Positions 10,377 through 22,038 of a DNA stretch of 64,000 bases are shown here, one piece after another (the stretch's first letter is position 1; each line of letters starts with the position of its first letter). The notes under the pieces are model-generated. The model was not told where the DNA came from. It made no database searches and saw only the letters and a program-made list of their open reading frames with translations. The translations under genes were made by a program, and so were the position numbers. The stretch lies in contig JAYSXP010000524.1 in NCBI GenBank assembly GCA_043717125.1, forward strand, positions 3,936 through 67,935. The letters run 5' to 3'. Source of the stretch: Polyangiaceae bacterium (GTDB taxonomy: Bacteria > Myxococcota_A > Polyangia > Polyangiales > Polyangiaceae).

Positions 10377-11225
10377 ATGCAAAGTGCACAGAAGCGCGGT
10401 GTTCTGACCTCTCTCGGTCTGGCGGCTCTCGCGCTCCTCGCGCCCGGCGCAGCCCAGGCCGAGCGTGCGAAGAGCTTCACGACGGACGCGTTCTCGATCG
10501 CGCTCCCGAGGCCCGTGTGCTTCGCGGTGCCGGTGAGCCTTCGTGATACCGGAGCGTGCAAGGGTCTCCCGCCGGCGGGCGCGAACGACATCGACACGAC
10601 GCAGATCGGTCTCATCGCGGCGGGCGGCATCCGTCGCGCGGCGGGAGAGGCCAGCGCCCCGGGCACGCTGCCGATCGTCGGGCTCCTCCAGGTGTTCCAG
10701 GTTCCGGCCTCGAACGACAAGCAGCCGGAAGCCGCCCAGGCGGAGCGCGCCGCGCTCGACGCCACCAAGGCGATCCTCGCCACGCTCCCCTCCGAGGCCC
10801 ACCGCAGCAAGGTGATCGCGCACCTCCAATACGTCGAGGGCCTCGTCGCCGTCCGCACGACCGTCGACGTCGACGACCTCAGCCCCGGTACGCGTGCGAG
10901 CTTCTTCGGTCACATCGAGACGGCCACCGTCTTCGGCCGTGACGCCACGTACACCGTGGTGTGGTCGGGGCCGGCCGGCGAGGCGACCGCGATCGCGCTC
11001 GGCCACCTCGCCGACGACTCGACGAAGACGATGCACCTCGTCCCTTCGCAGCATCCCGAGCCGCGCGACGTCGCCCGCGCGAATGCGGGCGTGCTCGGCA
11101 GCGCGCTCCTTCCGCTCGGCGGTGTCGCCGCCTTCGGCGTCCTCGCGACGGCTCTCTATGTGCGAAAGCGTCGCGGCAAGAGCCAGCGGCTCCGCGCGGA
11201 GCTCTGGCCCGCGCACGGCGAGTAA
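10377..11225 (+). CDS. hypothetical exported protein with C-terminal membrane anchor
   Basis: Signal peptide (LGLAALALLAPGAAQA); C-terminal TM followed by basic tail LYVRKRRGK. Confidence 0.65.
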   Translation: MQSAQKRGVLTSLGLAALALLAPGAAQAERAKSFTTDAFSIALPRPVCFAVPVSLRDTGACKGLPPAGANDIDTTQIGLIAAGGIRRAAGEASAPGTLPIVGLLQVFQVPASNDKQPEAAQAERAALDATKAILATLPSEAHRSKVIAHLQYVEGLVAVRTTVDVDDLSPGTRASFFGHIETATVFGRDATYTVVWSGPAGEATAIALGHLADDSTKTMHLVPSQHPEPRDVARANAGVLGSALLPLGGVAAFGVLATALYVRKRRGKSQRLRAELWPAHGE

Positions 11226-11229
11226 CACG

Positions 11230-12675
11230 TCACGACAGCTCGATGACGCCGTCCTCGACCGCGCCGTAGCGGAAGCCGATAAGGTCGAGCAGGTAGTTCT
11301 GATAGAGCCGCCACGGCGCCTTCGGGCCCTGCTTCGGCAGGCGAGAGACCGCGCGCTGTACGTAGCCCGACGAGAAGTCGAGCAGCGGCTCCTGCGGTAG
11401 CCCGGCATCGGTGTGCGCGATGCACTTCTTCTTACCTGCCCTCTCCATGTGATTGAGGAGGCGGCACACGAACTCGCAGACAAGGTCGGCCTTGAGCGTC
11501 CATGACGCGTTCGTGTAGCCGAGCGTGATGGCGAGGTTCGGAACGTCGCTGAGCATCGCGCCGCGGTAGTTGGTCGTCTTGCCGACGTCGATCGCCTTGC
11601 CGTCGACCGTGAGCTTCACGTCGCCGAGCAAGAGGAGCTCGAGGCCCGTGGCGGTGACGACGACGTCGGCGTCGAGCGTCTTGCCCGAGCGAAGCTGAAG
11701 GCCCGTCTCCGTGAAGGTCTCGATGTGGTCGGTCACGATCTCCGCGCGACCGGACCTCACGGCCTCGAAGAGGTCGCCGTCGGGGATGAGACAGAGCCGC
11801 TGATCCCACGGGAAGTAGGTCGGCGTGAAGTGCGTGGCGATGTCGAAGTCGGGACCGAGGCTCTTCTTGACGTTGCCGATCATGAATTTCTTGGCGTGCT
11901 TCGGGAACCGCCGCGAGTAGTTGAAGAGCGCCATGCTGAGAACCACGTTCTTCCAGCGCGTCAGGCCGTAAGCGACCTCGCCGGGCAGCCTGCGCTCCAT
12001 CCACTTCGCGACGACGTCGACCGCGGGGAGCGAGAGGACGTACGAGGGCGACCGCTGGAGCATCGTGACGTGCGCGGCCTTCTTCGCGAGCTCGGGGACG
12101 AGCGTCACGGCGGTCGCTCCGCTGCCGATCACGACGACACGTTTTCCGGCGTAGTCGACGTCGTCGGTCCACTTCTGCGGATGGACGACGCGACCGCCGA
12201 AGCGCGCCGTCCCCGGGAAATCGGGCGTGTAGCCCGCGGCGTAGTCGTAGTAGCCGCTGCACATGAGGAGGAAGCGACACGTGAGCGTGACGTTCTCGCC
12301 CGTATCCGTCTTCTTCACATCGACGGTCCAGGTCGACGTCTTGCTCGACCACGAGGCGCGCTCGACACGGTGACCGAAGCGGATCTTCCTGTCGATGCCG
12401 TACTCGCGCGCCGTCTCCTTGATGTACGCGAGGATCGACGGCCCGTCGGCGATGGCCTTCGCGCCCTTCCACGGCCGGAACCCGAAGCCGAGCGTGTGCA
12501 TGTCCGAGTCGGAGCGGATGCCCGGATACTTGAAGAGGTCCCAGGTTCCGCCGATCGCGTCGCGACTCTCGAGGATCGCGTACGTGCGCGTCGGGCTCTT
12601 CGACTGAAGGTGATACCCGGCGGCGATTCCGGACAGACCGGCGCCGACGACGAGGACATCGAGAAATTCGCTCAT
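11230..12675 (-). CDS. flavin-containing Baeyer-Villiger monooxygenase (EthA-like)
   Basis: GAGLSG, GGTWDLFKYPGIRSDSD, FGGRVVHPQKW (BVMO fingerprint), GSGATA, PWDQRLC. Confidence 0.92.
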   Translation of the reverse strand: MSEFLDVLVVGAGLSGIAAGYHLQSKSPTRTYAILESRDAIGGTWDLFKYPGIRSDSDMHTLGFGFRPWKGAKAIADGPSILAYIKETAREYGIDRKIRFGHRVERASWSSKTSTWTVDVKKTDTGENVTLTCRFLLMCSGYYDYAAGYTPDFPGTARFGGRVVHPQKWTDDVDYAGKRVVVIGSGATAVTLVPELAKKAAHVTMLQRSPSYVLSLPAVDVVAKWMERRLPGEVAYGLTRWKNVVLSMALFNYSRRFPKHAKKFMIGNVKKSLGPDFDIATHFTPTYFPWDQRLCLIPDGDLFEAVRSGRAEIVTDHIETFTETGLQLRSGKTLDADVVVTATGLELLLLGDVKLTVDGKAIDVGKTTNYRGAMLSDVPNLAITLGYTNASWTLKADLVCEFVCRLLNHMERAGKKKCIAHTDAGLPQEPLLDFSSGYVQRAVSRLPKQGPKAPWRLYQNYLLDLIGFRYGAVEDGVIELS

Positions 12676-12699
12676 TGGTTGTTCCAGCGGCGTCGCGTT

Positions 12700-13167
12700 C
12701 TAGCCGCGGACGCGCCAGTTGCCGACGAACGTGCGCGCGAGCTCGTCGCACGTGGGGTCGGTCACGATGAGCTCGGGCCGACCGTTCCGGTTCACGACGA
12801 TCGTGTTCTGGCGGAACACGCGGCCGAACGCGATCGCCTCCTCGCGGTTCATGTCGTGAACGAGCCACGATGGCTCACGCCACGTGCCCTCGGGATCCTC
12901 CTCGTAGCCGACGCACTGCTCGACGCGGTAGCAGCCGAGGATGAGCATGTCGCGCAGCACCGAGTGGCGCGACTCGTTCACCTTCCGCGGCAGCAGCATC
13001 GACCGCGGGTTGAACGCCGTCAGGACCGTGAACGGACGGATGAGCAGCTCAGGCAAGCTCGAGAGATCCTGCACGACGTCGCCATCGAGCGAAACGCGCA
13101 GCGGTCCGCTCCCGGTCGGGAGATCGTAGACGGTCGAAAGGTACTGGCGGAGGAGGTTCTGATCCAT
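12700..13167 (-). CDS. DUF3293 domain-containing protein
   Basis: LTAFNPRS...N...WREPSWLV...AIAFGRVFRQNTIV pattern. Confidence 0.75.
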   Translation of the reverse strand: MDQNLLRQYLSTVYDLPTGSGPLRVSLDGDVVQDLSSLPELLIRPFTVLTAFNPRSMLLPRKVNESRHSVLRDMLILGCYRVEQCVGYEEDPEGTWREPSWLVHDMNREEAIAFGRVFRQNTIVVNRNGRPELIVTDPTCDELARTFVGNWRVRG

Positions 13168-13218
13168 GACGGACGCCTCCTTACTACCACGACTCGGAAG
13201 CCCGAGCCGCGCGCCCCG

Positions 13219-13941
13219 TCAGCCGTCGAAGCGGTACCCGACGCCGCGGACCGTCTGGATGTAGACGGGCTCCTGGGGGTCGGCCTCCAGCTTCGCGCGC
13301 AGCTGCTGGATGAAGTTGTCGACCGTTCGCGGTGTTCCGTGGTGTTTCGGGCCCCAGACACGCCGGAAGATGTCATCCCGTGAGAGCACCCGACCGCGCT
13401 CGTTCACGAGACACACGAGCACGTCGAACTCGCGAGCCGTCATCTCGACGGGCTCGCCGGCGCGCTTCACGTTGCGCGCTGCGACGTCGACCTCGACCTC
13501 GCCGAAGGCGATCCCCTTCCGAGGCGAGGGAGGAGGCGCCGCATGGCCTCGGCGCAGGGCCGCACGCACGCGGGCTAGCAGCTCCGCGAGGCTGAAGGGC
13601 TTCGCGACGTAGTCCTCCGCGCCGAGCTCGAGGCCAGCAACCTTGTCCATCTCGCCGGCCTTCGCCGAGAGGATGATGATCGGCATCGTGCGTCCTTCGG
13701 CGCGGAGCTCGTGCAAGACCTCGAGGCCGTTGCGCTTCGGCAGCATGACGTCGAGGACGATGAGGTCGGGGTCGACCGTGCGCGCAAGCTCGAGCCCGGT
13801 CTCGCCGTCCTCGGCGAGGTCGACGACGTACCCCTCGCTCTCGAGGTTGATCCGGAGCCCGAGCGCGATGCTCGGATCGTCCTCGACGACGAGGACGCGC
13901 TTGCCCGATAGATCGGCCGTTTTGCGCTTGGGTTCGAGCAT
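13219..13941 (-). CDS. OmpR/PhoB-family response regulator
   Basis: VLVVEDD, LDVMLP, KPFS; winged helix RTVDNFIQQLRAKLE...TVRGVGY. Confidence 0.93.
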   Translation of the reverse strand: MLEPKRKTADLSGKRVLVVEDDPSIALGLRINLESEGYVVDLAEDGETGLELARTVDPDLIVLDVMLPKRNGLEVLHELRAEGRTMPIIILSAKAGEMDKVAGLELGAEDYVAKPFSLAELLARVRAALRRGHAAPPPSPRKGIAFGEVEVDVAARNVKRAGEPVEMTAREFDVLVCLVNERGRVLSRDDIFRRVWGPKHHGTPRTVDNFIQQLRAKLEADPQEPVYIQTVRGVGYRFDG

Positions 13942-13998
13942 GAGCGGAGGACCATGGGCGATCTACCGCGAACGACGCGGCACGCGCCAGCGTTTCGG

Positions 13999-15075
13999 TC
14001 AGATCGCGCCCGCGCGGATGACCGTGGGGTCGGCCTCGACATCGGAGCGGGTGTCTCTCCGCTCGCTCCGCGCGTTCGACGGCTCACGCAAAATCGTCTT
14101 CGCTTCGCCCGCGGCGGGCGCGGGGGGAAGCACGATCGTGAAGCGGCTACCCTTGCCCGGCGCGCTCTCGACCGTGACGCGGGCATGGTGCGCGCGCGCG
14201 ACGTGTTTGACGATCGCGAGGCCGAGTCCTGAGCCTTCCTTCGTTCGCGAGAGGCGGTCGTCGATCCGGTAGAACTTCTCGAAGATGCGCCGCTGCTCCG
14301 GGCGCGGGATGCCCTCGCCGTTGTCGGTCACCGCGAGGCCGACCTCGCCCTTCGCGGTGAGCTCGGCGAGAAGGCGCACGGTGGGCGGCGTGCCGCCGTA
14401 CTTCTGCGCGTTCGAAACGAGGTTCACGAGCGCGTCGACGATCGCGGCGCGATCGACGACGACGTTCGGCAGGTTGGGCGCGACGATGACCTCGAGGTCG
14501 AGGTCCTTTCCGAGAAGCGTGCGCGGGGCGTAGGCGCTCAGCGTGTCGTCGATGATGTCTTGCACGCTCTCGAGGCGGAGCTCGTAGATCTTGCGGCCCG
14601 CGGCCATGCGTCCCCAGTCGAGCAGGCGCTCGATGAGCCGCGAGAGCCGCTCCGACTCGGCGACGAGCAGCGACGTGCACTTCTGCCTCGTCGCCGCGTC
14701 GTCGCCGGCGCGCTCGATCGTCTCTGCGAAGAGGCGGATGGCGGTGAGCGGCGTCCGAAGCTCGTGACTGACCTTCGACACGAAGTCGGCCTGGAGCTCG
14801 GAGAGGTTGGCCTCGCGACGGACGAACACGAGCACGAGCACGACGCCGGTGACGACGACGGAGACAAAGCTGACCGAGAGGATGCCGAAGAGAAGGTTGA
14901 TCCGCGCCTCGAGGAACATCTGGATGATGCCGATCGAGAGGAGGAGCACCGTGGGAATGATGACGAGGTAGACGAGCAGCTGGACGATGCGGCGATACCC
15001 CATCCGCTGGAGGTTCTTCGCGGCGACCTTCCGGATGTTCTTTCCGGGCACGGGCTGACTGGGCCGTTCGCTCAT
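13999..15075 (-). CDS. membrane sensor histidine kinase
   Basis: Two TM helices, H-box SHELRTPL, N-box NLVSNA, DNGEGI, GSGLGL; start MSERPS at 15075. Confidence 0.9.
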   Translation of the reverse strand: MSERPSQPVPGKNIRKVAAKNLQRMGYRRIVQLLVYLVIIPTVLLLSIGIIQMFLEARINLLFGILSVSFVSVVVTGVVLVLVFVRREANLSELQADFVSKVSHELRTPLTAIRLFAETIERAGDDAATRQKCTSLLVAESERLSRLIERLLDWGRMAAGRKIYELRLESVQDIIDDTLSAYAPRTLLGKDLDLEVIVAPNLPNVVVDRAAIVDALVNLVSNAQKYGGTPPTVRLLAELTAKGEVGLAVTDNGEGIPRPEQRRIFEKFYRIDDRLSRTKEGSGLGLAIVKHVARAHHARVTVESAPGKGSRFTIVLPPAPAAGEAKTILREPSNARSERRDTRSDVEADPTVIRAGAI

Positions 15076-15136
15076 CGTCCTTCCGCGTCCTTTAGCATCG
15101 CCGTCACGAATCGTCGCCCTGCTCCGATGTCTCCTC

Positions 15137-15817
15137 GTGACCCCCCGTTTTCGTCGCATTTTTCTCCTCCTCGTCGTCTCCTGCGCCGCGCCCCCCTCCC
15201 CGACCCCACCATCGGCCCCCACCCCTCTCTCCCACGTGCCCGTGCCCGTGCCCGTGCCCGTGCCCCCTCTCCCTCCCTCCACCCCCATCGTCTCCCGCGC
15301 GCGCCTCGAGGTCTCCCGCGCCGTCACCTACGACTCCTCCTACGCCTCTCTCGCGTACCCCAACGGCGATCCCTCCCCGGACCGCGGCGTCTGCACGGAC
15401 GTCGTCATCCGCGCCCTCCGCACGACAGGCACCGACCTCCAGGAGCTCGTCCACGACGACATCCTCCGCCGCCCCGCCGCGTACGCGACCGTCGCGCGTC
15501 CCGATCGCAACATCGACCATCGACGCGTCTCCCCCATGCTCGTCTACCTGCGCGCGCATGCCACGTCGCTTCCCACCACGTTCGAGGGCGCCGCGCTCGC
15601 GACCTGGCAACCCGGCGACGTCGTCGTCTGGGGCTTCCGCCCGTGCCCCGCGTGCACTCCGGATCACGTCGGCGTCGTGAGCGACGTGCGCGGCCCGCGC
15701 GGCCTCCCGCTCGCTCTCCACAACATCGGCCCGGTCCCGAGCGAGGACGACCGACTCGACGCATGGACCGTGCTCGGCCACTTCCGCGTGGCGGGCACGA
15801 CGCCGCGCCGGAATTGA
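15137..15817 (+). CDS. DUF1287 (YijF-like) domain protein, probable lipoprotein
   Basis: YDSSY...YPNGD...GVCTDVVIRALR, DLQELVH, DRNIDHRRV, WQPGDVV, HVGVVSD, HNIG. Confidence 0.85.
   Translation: MTPRFRRIFLLLVVSCAAPPSPTPPSAPTPLSHVPVPVPVPVPPLPPSTPIVSRARLEVSRAVTYDSSYASLAYPNGDPSPDRGVCTDVVIRALRTTGTDLQELVHDDILRRPAAYATVARPDRNIDHRRVSPMLVYLRAHATSLPTTFEGAALATWQPGDVVVWGFRPCPACTPDHVGVVSDVRGPRGLPLALHNIGPVPSEDDRLDAWTVLGHFRVAGTTPRRN
15236..15265. repeat. (GTGCCC)5 coding microsatellite (VP repeat)
   Basis: Five exact hexamers in the linker after the signal peptide. Confidence 0.85.
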
Positions 15818-15826
15818 GCCCCGCGA

Positions 15827-16287
15827 TCAGAACGCGTCGGAACGGACCCACGTCGGACGCGAGGCCGCGACGCCGTTACCGAGCGCCCCCTGATTCGCCG
15901 TGGACGAGCTGTCGACTGCGACCGTGCCGGCGCCTTCGTCGAAGCGCCAGTCGCCGACGAGCCCGATCTCGGTCCCCGTGAGCCGGACCCTCATCGTGGC
16001 GCCGATCTCCGCGGTCGTTCGAGCGACGTTCCAGACGCGGACCTCGTCGAGCTTGCCCTTGAAATGTGGCTATCGATGGTGTTGCCACCGATGTCGATGT
16101 TCGCAGGCGCGCTCAGCGCGGCGGTGCTGTTGCCGGTCGTCGTCTTCTCCTCCACGCCGTGGATGACCACGCGCATCGTTCCCGTCGAACGAATGCGCAC
16201 GGCCCCCATGTGCACCCAGGTGCCCCCCGTCAGCGTGGTGGTCGACAGGACCGTGAGCCTCGACCGCAGCGTCGTCGGGGCGCTCAC
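15827..16287 (-). pseudogene. 5'-truncated, frameshifted LamG/concanavalin-like domain gene
   Basis: Frame A TWVHMGAVR...IDIGGNTIDSH joins frame B FKGKLDEVRVWNVART.AEI...GLVGDWRFDEGAGTVAVDSS...PTW-stop; one base missing near 16065 (CAC AT TTC). Confidence 0.8.
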
Positions 16288-16341
16288 GAGCTAACCCCGC
16301 GTCGGACGGGAGCGTCCAAGCTCCGAAGAACGGGAGCGCAG

Positions 16342-17244
16342 CTACGAAATCGAGTCGTCGATCGCCGCGCGCATGATCGTGACCGGTGGAGAGAAACCGA
16401 GCCACAGCTCGAACGCGAGCGCCCCCTGGCGCGCGAGCATCCCGAGACCGTTATCGCAGGCGAGCCCGCGCTCCTTCGCACGCTCGAGGAAGGGCGTGCG
16501 TCTTGGCGAGTAAACGACGTCGAGCGCGACGGCGCCGCCCGGGACCTGGTCCCAACGCACGGCCTCGGCAACGACGTCGCCCGGCGCGGCGCCCTTCATG
16601 CCGCAGCTCGTGGCCTGCACGATCGCGACGAGACGCGGATCCTCCTTGTCCGGAGCGTGCAAACCGTCGGCGCCGAGCGCGACGGCCACGCCGCGCCCTC
16701 CTGCCGCCGCGAGGATGCGATCGATCTCCCTCACGTACGCGACGGCATGGCCCGTCTCGCCGAGCGAGCGACCCCGGATGAGCACGCGACCGAGCACGAG
16801 ATGCGAGGCCATCGCGACGATCGCGGCGCGCGCAGCGCCGCCGGATCCGATCACGAGTCCCACACCTCCGCTGAGCTTGGTCGCGCTACCCGCAAGGCGC
16901 AAGAGCTCCTCCGCCACGGCCGGAGTGTCGGTATTGTGCGCGCGCACGCGGCCGTCGGCGGTGCGCACGAGCGTATTCGCCGCGCCTGTCGCACGTGCGC
17001 TGGCATGCACCTCGTCGACGAGCTTCAGGACCTTCCGCTTGTGAGGAACGGTCACGTTGAATCCCGCGAAATCGCCGCGCCGCAGCGCCTCGATGCGCGC
17101 TGGGAGCTCGGCCTCGTTCGTCTCGAGCGTCTCGTACGTGTGAGGAAGGCCAAGCGCACGGTAGGCGGCGACGTGCATCGCCGGGCTGAGCGAATGAGCG
17201 ATCGGAGCGCCGATGACGGCGAAGCGCAACGGTGTGCTCGTCAT
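16342..17244 (-). CDS. aroE: shikimate dehydrogenase
   Basis: GAPIAHSLSP.MH, NVTVPHK, GAANT, NTD, GSGGAARA, DVVYSP, GLGMLARQG. Confidence 0.93.
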   Translation of the reverse strand: MTSTPLRFAVIGAPIAHSLSPAMHVAAYRALGLPHTYETLETNEAELPARIEALRRGDFAGFNVTVPHKRKVLKLVDEVHASARATGAANTLVRTADGRVRAHNTDTPAVAEELLRLAGSATKLSGGVGLVIGSGGAARAAIVAMASHLVLGRVLIRGRSLGETGHAVAYVREIDRILAAAGGRGVAVALGADGLHAPDKEDPRLVAIVQATSCGMKGAAPGDVVAEAVRWDQVPGGAVALDVVYSPRRTPFLERAKERGLACDNGLGMLARQGALAFELWLGFSPPVTIMRAAIDDSIS

Positions 17245-18872
17245 TTCTCGCTCCCGGGCTCGAGGTCCGTCACCTCGGCATCGAAGCTTCCGTTCCCGAC
17301 GCGGACGTGGACGGTCTCGCCGCGTGTGAGCTCGCTCGCACTGCGCACGGCGTGACCGTCCTTCGTGCGTGTCGCGATCGCGTACCCGCGCGAGAGCACC
17401 TTGAGCGGGCTCATTGCGTCGAGCCGGCCAGCCAGACCGGAGAGCTCACGATGGTCGTCACCGACGCGACGCCGTGTCGCCTCCGCGAGCCTACCGCGCG
17501 CATCGCTCACCTCACCGCGCGACGCGATCGCGCGCGCGCGCGCGATCTCGAAGAGCCGGGTCCGGAAGGCCAGCACCTGGCCCTTGTCGCGCGCAATCCG
17601 CTCGCGCGGATGCGCCGCGCCGAGCCTCGCGCCGAGGCGGTTCGCCGTCTCGCGGTCCTGCGCGATCATGCGCGTCACGACGCGCGACATGCGAACGACG
17701 TGCTCGTCGACGCGTTGCTGCGCGCTCGCGATGAGGAGGCGCGGATCGCCGAACGCGCTCGCGACCTTCGCGGTGCGCGCGCGCTCCTCGGAGATCCGGG
17801 CGTGCATCGCACGACGAAGCCTCATATCGCGCTCCTCGAGGAGGCGCCGACGAGCGGTTGCGTCGGGCACGACGAGCTCTGCGGCCTGCGAGGGCGTCGA
17901 CGCGCGGGCGTCGGCGGCAAAATCGACGAGGGTCACGTCCGTCTCGTGGCCGACGGCGCTCACCACCGGCACACGACACGCAGCGACGTCGCGCACGAGC
18001 TGCTCGTCGTGGAACGCGAGGAGGTCGTCCTGGGAGCCGCCGCCACGTCCGACGATGATGACGTCGACCTCGGGAACGCGCTGGAGCGCAGCGAGCGCAC
18101 GGCAGACCGCTTCGGCCGCGCCGAGGCCTTGCACCTGCGCCGGCGCGAGCAGGATGCGCGCGCCGCCACGCCGGAACGCGACCTTGCAGATGTCGTGGAT
18201 CACAGCTCCGCCCGCGCTCGTCACGACGCCGATGATGCGCGGCTCGTGGGGTAGCGGGCGCTTCTTCTCCGGCGCGAACAGGCCTTCGGCGCGGAGCTTC
18301 GCCTTGAGCTTCTCGAGCGCCTCGAGGAGCGCGCCCTTGCCCGTAGGCTCGACGCGATCGCCGATGATCTGCATGCGACCGCGCGGCGCCCAGAACGTGG
18401 GCTTGCCGCGGAGGCGCACGCGCGCGCCATCCTTCACGAGGAGCTTCGAGCGCGGCGTGACGTTCTGGCGATAGACGACGACGTCGACCGTCGCGTCCTC
18501 GTCCTCGTCTTTGAGGGAGAAATAGAGGTGGCCGCTCGAGGCCGGGCGCGCGCCGGTGACCTCGCCCTCGACCCAGACGGCGTCGGAGAAGGCGCGGTCG
18601 AGGGTGCGGGTGAGGATGCGACCGAGCTGGGAGACGGTGAGAACGGGCGGTGAGGTGGGGGCGGCCTTGGGCGGGGCCGGAGGGAGATCGGGCACGGGCA
18701 GGGGCACGGGCGAGACGTGCGCCACGGGTGACACCTCCGAGGATTTGGAGGGAGGCGCGCGCTTCGACGGAGGCGCGGGCTCCGACGGAGGCGCGGGGAA
18801 GGCGGCGTCGAAGTCGAAGGTGAGGGACTCGCCCGGGGGGCGGGGGTTGGCCCGCGAGCGCTTGTCGGTCAT
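17241..18872 (-). CDS. xseA: exodeoxyribonuclease VII large subunit
   Basis: VWVEGEV...SGHLYFSLKD, IGVVTS..GAVIHD, GRGGGS.DDL, SAVGHETD, TPSQAAE, SPLKVLSRGY; Pro-rich N-terminal extension. Confidence 0.95.
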   Translation of the reverse strand: MTDKRSRANPRPPGESLTFDFDAAFPAPPSEPAPPSKRAPPSKSSEVSPVAHVSPVPLPVPDLPPAPPKAAPTSPPVLTVSQLGRILTRTLDRAFSDAVWVEGEVTGARPASSGHLYFSLKDEDEDATVDVVVYRQNVTPRSKLLVKDGARVRLRGKPTFWAPRGRMQIIGDRVEPTGKGALLEALEKLKAKLRAEGLFAPEKKRPLPHEPRIIGVVTSAGGAVIHDICKVAFRRGGARILLAPAQVQGLGAAEAVCRALAALQRVPEVDVIIVGRGGGSQDDLLAFHDEQLVRDVAACRVPVVSAVGHETDVTLVDFAADARASTPSQAAELVVPDATARRRLLEERDMRLRRAMHARISEERARTAKVASAFGDPRLLIASAQQRVDEHVVRMSRVVTRMIAQDRETANRLGARLGAAHPRERIARDKGQVLAFRTRLFEIARARAIASRGEVSDARGRLAEATRRRVGDDHRELSGLAGRLDAMSPLKVLSRGYAIATRTKDGHAVRSASELTRGETVHVRVGNGSFDAEVTDLEPGSEK

Positions 18873-19333
18873 CCGGCCGACTCGATGTCGAGGACGCGGA
18901 CGTTGCGCTTCTTCTTCTCTTGCTCCGTCGAGTACCGGAGCTTCTCGTAGAGCGACATCACGTTGGTCTTGATGCCCACGATGCGAATCTCGGGCGTCGT
19001 CTTGTCCATCGCCTCGAGGATGATGTTGCCCGTCCCCATGATGCGCTGTCCGAACGGCCGTTCCACGACGTAGTCGACGACGCGGTAGAGATCGAGCTGC
19101 TCCATCCGTTTGGAGAACACCCCCTGCTCGATCACGACGCGCTGGCTCGTGATCTTGTAGTGCACTCCGCGCGTGCGGAACCACATGACGACGACCGAGA
19201 TCCCGAGCGTGAGGATCGCGAGGAGGAGCCCTCCGAGGCCCTGGATGAGCGCAGGCCGCCCGGAGAAGAGCAGCTCCTCGTCGGGGCCTGGCATCAGCCC
19301 ATCCATCTTCGGCTTCATGAGCTCCTGGGACAT
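18869..19333 (-). CDS. bacterial PH (bPH_2) domain protein
   Basis: TM segment, then YKITSQRVVIEQGVFSKRMEQLDLYRV...QRIMGTGNI; ATGA overlap with xseA start. Confidence 0.8.
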   Translation of the reverse strand: MSQELMKPKMDGLMPGPDEELLFSGRPALIQGLGGLLLAILTLGISVVVMWFRTRGVHYKITSQRVVIEQGVFSKRMEQLDLYRVVDYVVERPFGQRIMGTGNIILEAMDKTTPEIRIVGIKTNVMSLYEKLRYSTEQEKKKRNVRVLDIESAG

Positions 19334-19421
19334 GCCGACCAAGGTCGCCCTACGCGGGGCGAGATGCAAGGGACGCGAAAATAGTTCGATGGATCCGTCG
19401 GCCTCGCCCCAGGGGCCGGCC

Positions 19422-19914
19422 ATGAGCTTCCGACTCGCCTGCGCCGTCCTCTCCTCTCCTCTCTCTCCTCGCCGCCGCAGCATGTGGCGGCATCGCGCCG
19501 TCCTCGTCGAACGAGCCGAGCCTTCCTGCCACGGGCCCGTCTGCGAGCGAGCCCGTGCTCAGCGGGCCTGGTTCGCCGGAGAACCCTCCCGCGCCGAAGT
19601 ACCCGATCGGTCCCTACACCGGCGCGGTCGCAACGACCGACGTCTCGATCCTGTACCCGCTCCTCACGAATGCTCACGCGACGGATCTCGTGCGCGCCTC
19701 CGCGTCGGGCTCGCACGGTGCTCTTCTCCCGCAGTCGGTCGTAGACACGGTGCATCCGGGCGTCACGAACGTCCACGCGTTCGGCTACCTGCATCGCACG
19801 GTGTCGATCATGCAGCGGGCGGCGAACGAGTCGGTGCTCGTGGCCGACCGCGTGGCCGACCCTCATCGGACCGAAGTGAGCCCGACGCTGGTCGGCGCTA
19901 GCAATCCAGGGTAA
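19422..19914 (+). pseudogene. frameshifted lipoprotein gene
   Basis: ATG 19422 (MSFRLACAVL) is out of frame with LLAAAAC-GGIAPSS...TDVSILYPL...stop 19914; the shift falls in a TCCTC/CT tract at 19447-19470. Confidence 0.6.
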
Positions 19915-19926
19915 CCATCCGCCTCG

Positions 19927-21450
<1,524 letters not shown>

Positions 21451-21453
<3 letters not shown>

Positions 21454-21518
21454 GCGACCTTCGGGCCTGAGCGACCTTCGGGTCTTAGCGACCTGCGGGC
21501 CCGAGCGACCTTCGGGAG
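21451..21518. repeat. four 17-bp tandem repeats between convergent genes
   Basis: tgagcgaccttcgggcc / tgagcgaccttcgggtc / ttagcgacctgcgggcc / cgagcgaccttcgggag. Confidence 0.9.
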
Positions 21519-21519
21519 C

Positions 21520-22026
21520 TCAGTCGGCGTCGGTGCTGCCGTCGGTCGGCCCCGCATCGACCCCGCACTCCACCGGGCACTCGCCCTGCACGCACCCAAG
21601 GATGCGAAGCGCGTGGCTTCGCGTCTCCGACGTCACCAGGTAGTTCGCGAGCTCGATCGCGCAACCGAGCTTCTGCGTCGTCAGGTAGCACTCGAGCGCG
21701 CGGCCCACGATTCCCTGGCAAGGGCAGTCCACGGTGCACTTCGCGATCGCCTCGCCGCACCGGGCCTTCGTGCAGCCGATGCAGACACCCGTCGTCGATG
21801 CACCGTCGCCGATGGACGCGTCGTGGACCTTTGCAAACAGATCCGCCGTCCGGTCGCAGGGCAGCTCCGGCTCGCTCACGTCGGGCGTGCCTGAATCTCG
21901 AGTGCCGCTCTCCGCGGCGTCCGGCAGATCCGTCGAGGCGTCGTCGCGCGAGCTGCAGGCCTGAATGCAAAACGCGCCTCCGAGCAGTCCGGCCACCGTG
22001 AGGAGGACCAGGAGCCGGAGGCGCAT
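21520..22026 (-). CDS. Cys-rich lipoprotein (paralog 1)
   Basis: Signal ...IQAC; CD..AD...DA.I.DGAS..GVC.GC....C......C..DCPCQG pattern shared with the next gene. Confidence 0.75.
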   Translation of the reverse strand: MRLRLLVLLTVAGLLGGAFCIQACSSRDDASTDLPDAAESGTRDSGTPDVSEPELPCDRTADLFAKVHDASIGDGASTTGVCIGCTKARCGEAIAKCTVDCPCQGIVGRALECYLTTQKLGCAIELANYLVTSETRSHALRILGCVQGECPVECGVDAGPTDGSTDAD

Positions 22027-22038
22027 TCGCGTGCCTAC

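Noticed and set aside
17241-18872. xseA without adjacent xseB
   Set aside because: The two subunit genes are frequently unlinked.
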